DNA from: Vicinamibacteria bacterium
GTDB taxonomy: Bacteria; Acidobacteriota; Vicinamibacteria; Marinacidobacterales; Marinacidobacteraceae
Direction of reading: 5' to 3'
NCBI GenBank assembly: GCA_963668695.2
Contig: CAXXLQ010000004.1
Location: 1,664,001-1,728,000, forward strand
DNA length: 64,000 nt
The position numbers and the translations under genes were made by a program. The notes beneath the pieces were generated by a model, which saw nothing but the letters and a program-made list of their open reading frames with translations, was not told the DNA's origin and ran no database searches. The first letter of the stretch is position 1. Every line of letters starts with the position of its first letter. This document shows, piece after piece, positions 28,908 through 37,338 of this stretch.

Positions 28908-28965
28908 GTTCGCCAAGCCCTTTGGGCATGCCGCGCTCAGTTCGTCGGGCGCTGTGGTTTTTCCG

Positions 28966-29207
28966 TTAACAGCCTGTGGTGGAACCCGGGTGAGCGCCGA
29001 GAGCGGTCAGTCCTCCCGGTGGGGGCGAGGCGCCCGGCTGACAAGGCGCGTGAGGGAGGAGCCCCCACCGGGAGAACTGGCCCGAGTGTATTTCGACCGA
29101 AACGCAACGCCGAGCGCCGCAAAGCGCCAGTTCTCCCGGTGGGGGGGCGGTTCAGGCGGGATGGATCGCCGCTCGAACGCCGCCTGGGTTTCACCACAGG
29201 TTGTTAA
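28966..29207 (+). mobile_element. MITE copy with three 18-nt inserts
   Basis: TTAA-CAGCCTGTGGTGGAACCC ... GGGTTTCACCACAGGTTG-TTAA. Confidence 0.8.
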
Positions 29208-29239
29208 GCCCTGGTGCCGCCCCCGCCCGGGACGCCGGG

Positions 29240-29578
29240 CTAGAACTTCTTGAGAGCCTCGTCTTCGGAGTCCGTAATCGTCAGGATCTGATTGAAACCG
29301 CTGATCTTGAAGACCTCGAGGATGTGCTCCTTCATCTTGCAGAGAACCAGCTTGCCCTTCACCCCGGCCAGCCTCTTGGCGAGAATCAGCAACACTCGCA
29401 TTCCCGTCGAGTTGATGTAGTCCAACCCTCCGAAATTCATCACTACCTGCGTGGCGCCGTCCGGCCCGATGGCGTGCGCCATCACCGCTTGCTCGAACTC
29501 GCCGCTCGTGCGGGTGTCGATGCGCCCCTGGGGCGAGAGCACGAGAACACCGTTCTTCGTCTCATCTGTCAGGTTCAT
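29240..29578 (-). CDS. STAS-domain anti-sigma factor antagonist (RsbV/SpoIIAA-like)
   Basis: GRID...LDYINSTGMRVL...FKISGF. Confidence 0.92.
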   Translation of the reverse strand: MNLTDETKNGVLVLSPQGRIDTRTSGEFEQAVMAHAIGPDGATQVVMNFGGLDYINSTGMRVLLILAKRLAGVKGKLVLCKMKEHILEVFKISGFNQILTITDSEDEALKKF

Positions 29579-30051
29579 TAGGCTTCCTCCTGATCGCCGG
29601 CTGAAAGCGACCGGGTTAGGCTGAGTCGGTTTCGATCTTTGATCCGTTCGTAGTGCGTCGAGGTCATCAGCGACTGAACGAGAAAAACACCGAGTCCTCC
29701 GATCGGCCTGTCTTCGAGAGGCAGGCTCGTGTCGGGGACCGGCGCTTCGTGAAACGGGTCGAATGGTATCCCGTGATCTTCGATCTCGAGTTGAAAGACG
29801 TTTTCGGCGATCGTCGCCCATACGTGAATGTGGGCGTGTTCGCTTCCCCGCGTTCCATACTTGATGATGTTGGTGACGAGTTCGTCCACGGAAAGGGTGA
29901 TTCGCTGAGTGTCCATGGGCGGCACATTGTGCGCTTCCGCGAACTCCTCAAGCTCTACGAGCATCTGGCTCAGCTCTCCCAAATCCTTCTCCAGCTTGAA
30001 GGAGAAGGTCGGTCCTCCTGCCTTCCCGCCTGAGTCGCGCTTGCGTGCCAT
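29578..30051 (-). CDS. Anti-sigma factor Ser/Thr kinase (RsbW-like HATPase_c_2)
   Basis: ELVTNIIKYG, DHGIPFDP, GGLGVFLV. Confidence 0.92.
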   Translation of the reverse strand: MARKRDSGGKAGGPTFSFKLEKDLGELSQMLVELEEFAEAHNVPPMDTQRITLSVDELVTNIIKYGTRGSEHAHIHVWATIAENVFQLEIEDHGIPFDPFHEAPVPDTSLPLEDRPIGGLGVFLVQSLMTSTHYERIKDRNRLSLTRSLSAGDQEEA

Positions 30052-30064
30052 CGGGGGGGCAACT

Positions 30065-30985
30065 CTATCTTGACCGTGCTGCGGCGTGCATGTTTCCCGG
30101 GCCCGCCGGGGCGCCGGAGGGCTCGGTATCCACGGCCTTGATGTTGACCTCCACCTCGAGCTGCTGCCAGGCGGCTCCCCGAAAGGTACCGCGGGTCGGC
30201 GGAACGTCGCGGTAGTCCCGTCCGGTGGCCACCCGGATGTGATGCTTCGGGGACACCGTGTTGTTCGTGGGGTCCGCCCCGACCCAGCCGAGGCCGGGCA
30301 ACAGGCATTCGATCCACGCGTGGCTGGCTTCCGCCATGGTCTGTTCCCGTCCCTCCCGGACGGGAAAGAGGTACCCGGAGGTGTACTGGGCCGGGATACC
30401 CCAGCCGCGCACGATCGCCAGCATGATGTGGGAAAAGTCCTGGCAGACGCCGCTCTCGGCCAGCAGGGCGTCGTCGATCGGCGAGTCCACGCGGGTTCGT
30501 CCGCGCTCGAACGCGAGCGCTTCGTGAATCCGGGCCGTCAGTTCCCGAAGCGAAGTGAGGGGGGTCTCGCGGCGCGCGATGCCGTGCCGGTCGACGAAGG
30601 CGGCGAGCGCCGCCGTCGGTCGGGTCAGCGCGGTCGGGTGCAGGAGGTGCCACATTGAGTGCGTCTGCACCTCCTTCAGAGCGTCCCAGCCCGAGCCGGC
30701 CGCCTCTTCGGGTTCGCTGGCGTGGAGGGCGACCAGCGATTTCGAGGTGACCGTCATTTGGTCGTGTTCGCCCGGAACGTCGAAGAAATGCACCGCATTG
30801 CCGAAGCAGTCCTCGTAATTGCCGAGTTCGGCCCCGGGATCGGTCAGGATCCGGAACGACTCCAGGTGCTGGGAGGCGTCGTTTCGGGGCTGCAGATAGA
30901 GGGTGACGACGGACTCGCGGACCGGTTCCGAATACTGGAAACGCGTGACGTGCTCTACGCGATAGAGCGCCGATGGCCGGGACAC
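30065..30985 (-). CDS. Bacterial transglutaminase family protein
   Basis: HVTRFQY N-domain; GVCQDFSH; SGY; SHAW; DPTN; GRDYRDVPP. Confidence 0.92.
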   Translation of the reverse strand: MSRPSALYRVEHVTRFQYSEPVRESVVTLYLQPRNDASQHLESFRILTDPGAELGNYEDCFGNAVHFFDVPGEHDQMTVTSKSLVALHASEPEEAAGSGWDALKEVQTHSMWHLLHPTALTRPTAALAAFVDRHGIARRETPLTSLRELTARIHEALAFERGRTRVDSPIDDALLAESGVCQDFSHIMLAIVRGWGIPAQYTSGYLFPVREGREQTMAEASHAWIECLLPGLGWVGADPTNNTVSPKHHIRVATGRDYRDVPPTRGTFRGAAWQQLEVEVNIKAVDTEPSGAPAGPGNMHAAARSR

Positions 30986-30986
30986 G

Positions 30987-31955
30987 TTATCTCCCCGGCA
31001 GGGCCCGATCTGCCGGATAGAAGATGAAGCGGCGGTAGATCTCGCTGTGGAGGCCGCGGGAAAGCCGGCGCACTTCAACGAGCGTGGACGCCAGATCGTC
31101 GGGTTTCTGGGAGCCGTAGGCCAGCAGCGCGCGAAGTTGGCCGGCGATCCGGTGGGCCGCCTGCAGCGGATGCCGGGCGCCTCCGGCCGGATCGATCCGG
31201 CCGAGCCCGTTGCGAATCTCCTCGGCGGCGAACCGGAGGGTGTGGGGCGACTCCGGTTCGTGGATCAGGAAGGTCATCACCTTCCACGGATCGATCGCGG
31301 GCGTGTAGTGGCGGCAATAGGGCTCGAAGCTCGCGCAATTCCTGAGGAGCAGCGACCAGTCCAGATCGGTGTCCGCGTCGTCGAGGCTCGGAAGATAGTT
31401 CTCGAGGATCTGGGTGGTGACCTGGATACGCTCCATGAAGCGGCCGAGCCGGATGAAATCCCAGGCGAGCCCGTGCCGGAGGCCGTTGTCGGTCACTCCC
31501 CGGAAGAGGTAGATCTGGGCGGAGGTCTCCTTGTAGAAGTTCTCCGGCTCCTTGTTCCAGAAGAAATGCAGCTTGGTCTCCCGCAGCGAGAGATAGGTTC
31601 GATTGAGCTGTCCCCACATCTCCTGGGTGATCTCCTGCCGGGCCTGCCGGGCGTTCTCCCGTGACATGCCCCACAGGAACACCATCGAGCCGGGGTTGTC
31701 CCGCTCGAAGCTCATGAAGTCCGCCAGCGTGTAGGCATCGGCAAGCAGGAAGGCGTCCTCGTCGCCGTAGAGCGGATCGCCGCCCGGAGGCTGGATTTTC
31801 AGGCTGCGGAAGAGCCGCGTCCACCCGGCTGCCACCTGCTCGGAAGTGTTGTCGGCCACGGAACGGACCTGGACTCCCAGCAGCCGGATGGTCTGGTCCG
31901 CGCGCTCCAGATAGCGGCTCATCCAGTAGAGGTTGTCGGCGACGCGGGCGAGCAT
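30987..31955 (-). CDS. Alpha-E domain protein (DUF403)
   Basis: MLARVADNLYWMSRYLER; RENAR..R..IT.EMW; GRFMER. Confidence 0.92.
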   Translation of the reverse strand: MLARVADNLYWMSRYLERADQTIRLLGVQVRSVADNTSEQVAAGWTRLFRSLKIQPPGGDPLYGDEDAFLLADAYTLADFMSFERDNPGSMVFLWGMSRENARQARQEITQEMWGQLNRTYLSLRETKLHFFWNKEPENFYKETSAQIYLFRGVTDNGLRHGLAWDFIRLGRFMERIQVTTQILENYLPSLDDADTDLDWSLLLRNCASFEPYCRHYTPAIDPWKVMTFLIHEPESPHTLRFAAEEIRNGLGRIDPAGGARHPLQAAHRIAGQLRALLAYGSQKPDDLASTLVEVRRLSRGLHSEIYRRFIFYPADRALPGR

Positions 31956-31957
31956 GA

Positions 31958-33460
31958 TCAGCCCTCCGTCGGGGCGTGGCTCCCCGGCGCTTCCGGGGTG
32001 TCCACGATCCAGGCGTCCTTCGAGCCGCCTCCCTGGCTGGAGTTCACCACCAGGCTGCCTTTCTTGAGCGCGACGCGGCAGAGGCCTCCGGGAACGATCT
32101 CGGTCCGTTCCGCCTGCAGAATGAACGGCCGGAGGTCCACGTGCCGCGGCTCGATGTGCGCCCCGATGAGGCACGGGGCCCGCGACAGGGCGAGCGTCGG
32201 TTGAGAGATGTAGTTGGCCGGGTTCTCCCGGAGCGCTCTCGCAAACTCGGTCCGCTCCGCCTGCGATGCGTGGGGCCCCACCAGCATCCCGTAACCCCCG
32301 GACTCCCCGACCATCTTCACCACCAGCTTGTCCAGGTTGGCGAGGGTGTAGGAAAGTCCGTCGCGCTCGCGGCAGAGCGTGGTCGGGATGGGATTGATCA
32401 ACGGCTCCTCGCCCAGGTAGTACTTGATGATGCGCGGCACGAAGGCGTAGACCGCCTTGTCGTCGGCGACGCCGGTCCCGGGGGCGTTCGCGATCACGAC
32501 CCGGCCCGCCCGGTAGGCGTGGAACAGTCCCGGCACGCCGAGGACCGAGTCTTCGCGGAAGGTGACCGGGTCGATGAAGTCGTCGTCGATACGGCGATAG
32601 ATCACGTCCACCTGCCGCAGCCCGGCCGTGGTCCGCATGAACACGCGCCGGTTGTGCACCAGCAGGTCGCGTCCCTCGACCAGGTCGATGCCCATCTGAC
32701 GGGCCAGGAAGGCGTGCTCGTAGTAGGCCGAGTTGTAGACGCCGGGGGTGAGCAGGACGATGTTCGGATCGTTCACCTGCGGCGGCGCGAGTGACCGGAG
32801 CGTGTCGAGCAGCAGCCGGCTGTACTGCTCCACGTCCCGCACCCGTGAACGCCGGAAGAGTCGCGGCATGCTGCGCTTGAGCGCATCGCGGCAGGCGAGC
32901 ATGTAGCTGACGCCGGAAGGCACCCGGAGGTTGTCTTCAAGGACCGCGAACCCGTCGTGGGTCCGCACCAGATCGGTTCCGCAGACCGAGACGTAGGCCC
33001 CGTGCGGGACCTCGATGCCCCGCATTTCGATCCGGTAGTGCTTGTTGCCGTACACCAGTTCGGCGGGAATCACGCCGTCCCGGATGATGAGACCCCCGTG
33101 GTAGATGTCGTGCAGGAACAGGTTAAGCGCCCGGAGACGCTGTTCCAGCCCGCGGGCGACCGCGTCCCAGTCGTCCCCCCGCACGATGCGCGGCAGGCAG
33201 TCGATCGGGAAGACCCGCTCGATGGTCTGCTCGTCGCCGTAGACGGTGAAAGTGATTCCCTCGTGGAGGAACGAGCGGGTGACGCGCTCCTGGATCTGCC
33301 GCAGCTCCTCGGGTGGGGTCTGCCGGATCGTCTCGAAGAAGTCCGCGCAGTGGCTCCGCGGGGACCCGTCGGTCTCGAGCATCTCGTCATAGAACGCCGG
33401 GTTGTGGTCGTACTGACGAAACGCCGGGGTAGCGGCATGGGGCGCCGCAGTTCGGGTCAT
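31958..33460 (-). CDS. Circularly permuted type 2 ATP-grasp protein
   Basis: EDNLRVPSGVSY; LLTPGVYNSAYYEH; VDVIYRRIDDDF; VVNSSQGGGSKD. Confidence 0.95.
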   Translation of the reverse strand: MTRTAAPHAATPAFRQYDHNPAFYDEMLETDGSPRSHCADFFETIRQTPPEELRQIQERVTRSFLHEGITFTVYGDEQTIERVFPIDCLPRIVRGDDWDAVARGLEQRLRALNLFLHDIYHGGLIIRDGVIPAELVYGNKHYRIEMRGIEVPHGAYVSVCGTDLVRTHDGFAVLEDNLRVPSGVSYMLACRDALKRSMPRLFRRSRVRDVEQYSRLLLDTLRSLAPPQVNDPNIVLLTPGVYNSAYYEHAFLARQMGIDLVEGRDLLVHNRRVFMRTTAGLRQVDVIYRRIDDDFIDPVTFREDSVLGVPGLFHAYRAGRVVIANAPGTGVADDKAVYAFVPRIIKYYLGEEPLINPIPTTLCRERDGLSYTLANLDKLVVKMVGESGGYGMLVGPHASQAERTEFARALRENPANYISQPTLALSRAPCLIGAHIEPRHVDLRPFILQAERTEIVPGGLCRVALKKGSLVVNSSQGGGSKDAWIVDTPEAPGSHAPTEG

Positions 33461-34279
33461 TTAGTAGCCCGTGGGTAAAGTGACGTGAGCACCGAGGCTG
33501 GCCAGTCTCCCGGTGGGGGCGAGGCGCGCGGCTGACAAGGCGCGCGAGGGAGGAGCCCCCACCGGGAGAACTGGCCCGTGTGTATTTCGACCGAAGCGCA
33601 ACGATGAGCGACGCGAAGCGACGCGGTGAACAGCCGGTGGTGGATCGCCGGCCGAGCCCCCACCGGGAGAACTGGGCCGCGTGGGTTTCGTCACCGGTTG
33701 TTTGGCCGGGATGGATCGCCAGCCGAGCCCCCACCGGGAGAACTGGGCCGCGTGGGTTTCGTCACCGGCTGTTTGGCCGGGATGCATCGCCGGCCGCTTC
33801 CGGAGCGGGGCGTGAGCACCGCGGAGACCCCGGAGCGAGACGGAAGGGGGACGGGGACACCCGACTCCCATCCCTCTTGGCTCGGGCTTCCGGAGCGGGG
33901 CGTAAGCACCGTGGAGACCCCGGAGCGGAAGGGACCGGGGGCGGGGGTCACCCGACCCCCATCCCTCTTGGCTCGGGCTTCCGGAGCGGGGCGTGAGCAC
34001 CGCGGAGACCCCGGAGCGGAAGGGACGGGGGGCGGGGTCACCCGACCCCCATCCCTTCTGGCTCGGGCTTCCGGAGCGGGGCGTGAGCACCGCGGAGACC
34101 CCGGAGCGGAAGGGACGGGGGGCGGGGTCACCCGACCACCATCCCTTCTGGCTCGGGCTTCCGGAGCGGGGCGTGAGCACCGCGGAGACCCCGGAGCGGA
34201 AGGGACGGGGGGCGGGGTCACCCGACCACCATCCCTTCTGGCTCGGGAATGCCGCGTGACTTTACGCACGGGGTGCTGG
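33461..34279 (+). mobile_element. Composite MITE enclosing nested inner ends and the 90-bp tandem array
   Basis: Left TTAGTAGCCCGTGGGTAAAGTGACG pairs imperfectly with right CGTGACTTTACGCACGGGGTGCTGG; inner right-end modules at ~33640-33780. Confidence 0.7.
33796..34246 (+). repeat. Tandem array of five 90-91-bp units
   Basis: Units start at 33796, 33886, 33977, 34067 and 34157 (gcttccggagcggggcgtgagcaccgcggagacccc...); no unique spacers. Confidence 0.9.
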
Positions 34280-34331
34280 GCCGGGCGTCAGGTCCCGGGA
34301 CGTTCGACCGGACGGCTCTTCATGCGGGCTG

Positions 34332-35636
34332 CTAGGCCGACTTCGGCAAGCCGTTCTTCGCGACGTGCTCGTACACCTCGCAGAAGTAGTCGAGTTCGGC
34401 CATGGTCGTGTAGAGGTTCGGCGTGATCCGGAGTCCCTGAAACTCCTCGTGCATGATCGGGGTCACGATGATGTGGTGCTTGTCCCAGAAGTAGTCCCGG
34501 AGCCGAGGGGCCTCGATCGTTTTCAGGTTGATGTTGCCGATGGCGCAACTCATCTTCGGGTCGCGCGAGGTGTGCAGTTCGGTGTCCGGAAGCGCGGACA
34601 GGCGGTCGGCCCAGGTGTTTTTCAAGTAGCGGAGCCGCGCCTCCTTGTTCTTCGCGCCCACCGTGTTGTGGAAGGTGATCGCCTCGCCGATCGCCACGAA
34701 GTTGGCGGCGGGATGGGTGCCGATCTCCTCGTACTTGCGGATGTCGGCGTCCATGCGCTCGGGGGCCGGCATCATGGGCCAGATCTTCGGGATCTTGTCC
34801 TTCTTCACGTAGAGCATCCCGGTTCCCTTGGGGGCCAGGAGCCACTTGTGGAGGCTCGTGCCGAAGTAGTCGCAGCCGATGTCCTCGTGTTTGAAATCGA
34901 ACTGGGCGAAGGAGTGGGCGCCGTCCACCATGACCTCGACGCCCCGCTCGCGGGCGACGTCGCAGACCGCCTTCACCGGCAGGATCTGCCCGGTGAGGTT
35001 GATCTGATGGGACATCAGGATGATTTTCGTCCGGTCGGTGATGGCGTTCCTGAACCCTTCCACGACCTCTTCATCGGTCTCTGCCGGAGTCGGGATCTGG
35101 ATGAACTTGAGGTCGATCCCCTCGCGGCGTATCCGTTGGCGGATGGTGGTGAGCATCCGCCCATAGTCCTGGGTGGTGGTGAGGATCTCGTCGCCGGATT
35201 GGAGATCCATGCCAAGTAGCAGGATTTCCATGGCTTCCGAGGTGTTCCGGACGAGCGCGACCTCCTCGGGGTCACATCCGAAGACCGTCGCGAGCCGCTG
35301 CCGCACGTTCTCCTTGCGGGGCTCCAGGATCTCCCACATCGTGTACACGGGGGCTTCCTCCTGCTGCCAGGTGTAGCGGACGAACGCTTCGGTGACCATC
35401 CGGGGTGACGGGCAGACCCCGCCGTTGTTCAGGTTGATGATCGAGCGCGAAACGCTGAACGCCTGCTGGACTTCGCTCCAGTAGTTCTCGTCGCCGGCCA
35501 GATCGTCAGCGCTCCGCCCGGACGCTCGCTGCGCCGCCGCTTCGACGTTGTGGATCGTCTCCGGTCCAAAAAGCGTGGTGACGAACGCAGCGCTGCCCGC
35601 TTCGCCCATCGAACTGAGAAACCGCCTGCGTCGCAT
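34332..35636 (-). CDS. Class V aminotransferase (isopenicillin N epimerase/cysteine desulfurase-like), Tat-exported
   Basis: RRRFL; NLNNGG; VDGAH; SLHKWL..PKGTG; SD AAGGAG upstream. Confidence 0.92.
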   Translation of the reverse strand: MRRRRFLSSMGEAGSAAFVTTLFGPETIHNVEAAAQRASGRSADDLAGDENYWSEVQQAFSVSRSIINLNNGGVCPSPRMVTEAFVRYTWQQEEAPVYTMWEILEPRKENVRQRLATVFGCDPEEVALVRNTSEAMEILLLGMDLQSGDEILTTTQDYGRMLTTIRQRIRREGIDLKFIQIPTPAETDEEVVEGFRNAITDRTKIILMSHQINLTGQILPVKAVCDVARERGVEVMVDGAHSFAQFDFKHEDIGCDYFGTSLHKWLLAPKGTGMLYVKKDKIPKIWPMMPAPERMDADIRKYEEIGTHPAANFVAIGEAITFHNTVGAKNKEARLRYLKNTWADRLSALPDTELHTSRDPKMSCAIGNINLKTIEAPRLRDYFWDKHHIIVTPIMHEEFQGLRITPNLYTTMAELDYFCEVYEHVAKNGLPKSA

Positions 35637-35801
35637 CGCTTTTCCACTCCTTAAAGGGAACTCGGGGCCGCAGCCGAGTCGTCGGACGGAGCCCTGAATT
35701 CAGGGCAATGTACCACTTCGGTCGGCGCCGGAAGCCTGGCTCGTGTCCTGGCTGGAAGGCCCCCGCCGGTGGGCCGAATCCGCATTCACTACCATCCCGC
35801 C

Positions 35802-37328
35802 ATGCTCGACACTCTCTCCGATCTGCTGCGCCGGATACCGCCGATCTTCGATTCGACCGTGGGTCACCTCGTGATCGCGCTGGGCGTCCTGGTGGCCGCC
35901 TTCGGTTTCGCGCTGGCGGTGGTCATCCTGCTCCGCCGGGCTCTGTTCCGCCTGGGTCTGAGGGAAAAGGTGGCCGCGCGGGTCGCCGGCGGGGTGCGCC
36001 TCGTGCTGGGGCCGGAACGGGCCGCCCGCCAGGATGTGGATGCCCTCGCGGGCCGGATCGTTTTCTGGGGTCTCCTGGTTCTGGTCGGCGCCGGAGTGGC
36101 CTCGGTGGTGGATTTGTCGAGCATCGGCGGCATCGGTGGAACGATGCTCGGGCGGATCATGGCGATGGCGGCCCAGTTGGGGCGGGCTCTCGTGGTGTTC
36201 CTCGCGGCCTGGTTCCTGGCCGCGGTGCTCCGCCGCGCCGTGCGGGTGGCGCTCGAGGCGGCCGGCGTGGACGAGCGGCTCGATCGGGGGGACGACCGGC
36301 CGCCAGGACGGATCTCGCATGCGGTCCCCGAGGTCGTCTACTGGATCGTGCTGCTGCTGTTCCTTCCACCGATCCTGAAGGCGCTCGAACTCGAGGGCGT
36401 GCTGCTTCCGATCGAGACGATCTTGAATCAGGTGATCACCTTCCTTCCGAACGTCCTCGGCGCGATCATCATCTTTCTCGTCGGCTGGTTCATCGCCCGG
36501 ATTGCGAAGGCGCTGGTGACGAATCTGCTCGCCGCGGTGGGACTCGACAGCGCCGCGGAAAGGCTCGGCCTGCGGCGGGTTCTGGGTTCGAGGACGCCTT
36601 CCGCGCTCCTCGGCGGGATCGCCTATCTGTTGGTGCTCTTCCCCGTGATCCTGACCGGTCTCGACCGCCTGAGCCTCGACGTGATCACCGGACCGGCGAG
36701 CGAGATGCTGGGTCGGGTCTTTGCCGCCCTGCCGCTCCTCCTGGTGGCGGTGGCGCTGCTCGTGACGGCCTACGTGGTGGGTTGGATCATCTCGAACCTG
36801 GCGCGCGATCTCCTGCGGGAAGCCGGTTTCGACCACGTGCTCACCCGGATCGGGCTGACCAGCACGACAACCGGCGACGAGTTCGCGGCTTCGAACGTCG
36901 TGCGGGTGGTGGTGCTGGCTCTCATCATGCTGTTTGCGAGCATCGAGGCGGCGAGCCTCGTCGGGTTCGAGAACGCGGCGGACCTCCTGGCGCTGCTGCT
37001 CCAGTTCGCCGGCCACTTCCTGCTGGGAGTGGTGTTCCTGGGATTCGGGGTCTTCCTCGCCAACCTCTCGGCGCGCGGGATTCTGGCGGGTTCGATCCCG
37101 CAGGCGCGGCTGCTGGCGCTCGCGGCGCGGGTAGGCATCCTCCTGTTCACCACCGCGGTCGGGCTAAGCCTGATGGGAATCGCCAACGAGATCATCGAGC
37201 TGGCCTTCGGCATCGTGCTCGGAGCGATCGCGGTGTCTTTCGCGGTGGCCTTCGGTCTTGGCGGCCGCGACGCCGCGGCCAGGCAGATTGAGCGCTGGCA
37301 ATCGCGGATGTCCGACGAAGATCGCTGA
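35802..37328 (+). CDS. CmpX-like mechanosensitive-channel membrane protein with conserved TM-helix repeats
   Basis: FLPNVLGAIIIFLVGWFIAR repeats; C-terminal AFGLGGRDAA. Confidence 0.85.
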   Translation: MLDTLSDLLRRIPPIFDSTVGHLVIALGVLVAAFGFALAVVILLRRALFRLGLREKVAARVAGGVRLVLGPERAARQDVDALAGRIVFWGLLVLVGAGVASVVDLSSIGGIGGTMLGRIMAMAAQLGRALVVFLAAWFLAAVLRRAVRVALEAAGVDERLDRGDDRPPGRISHAVPEVVYWIVLLLFLPPILKALELEGVLLPIETILNQVITFLPNVLGAIIIFLVGWFIARIAKALVTNLLAAVGLDSAAERLGLRRVLGSRTPSALLGGIAYLLVLFPVILTGLDRLSLDVITGPASEMLGRVFAALPLLLVAVALLVTAYVVGWIISNLARDLLREAGFDHVLTRIGLTSTTTGDEFAASNVVRVVVLALIMLFASIEAASLVGFENAADLLALLLQFAGHFLLGVVFLGFGVFLANLSARGILAGSIPQARLLALAARVGILLFTTAVGLSLMGIANEIIELAFGIVLGAIAVSFAVAFGLGGRDAAARQIERWQSRMSDEDR

Positions 37329-37338
37329 TCGGCCGGGC

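Noticed and set aside
33461-34269. Repetitive ORFs upstream of the ATP-grasp gene as a graspetide/RiPP precursor
   Set aside because: The ORFs derive from a repeat family also found at 4853, one unit is 91 bp and breaks frame, and the enzyme is CP-ATP-grasp type 2 rather than a MvdC/D-type ligase
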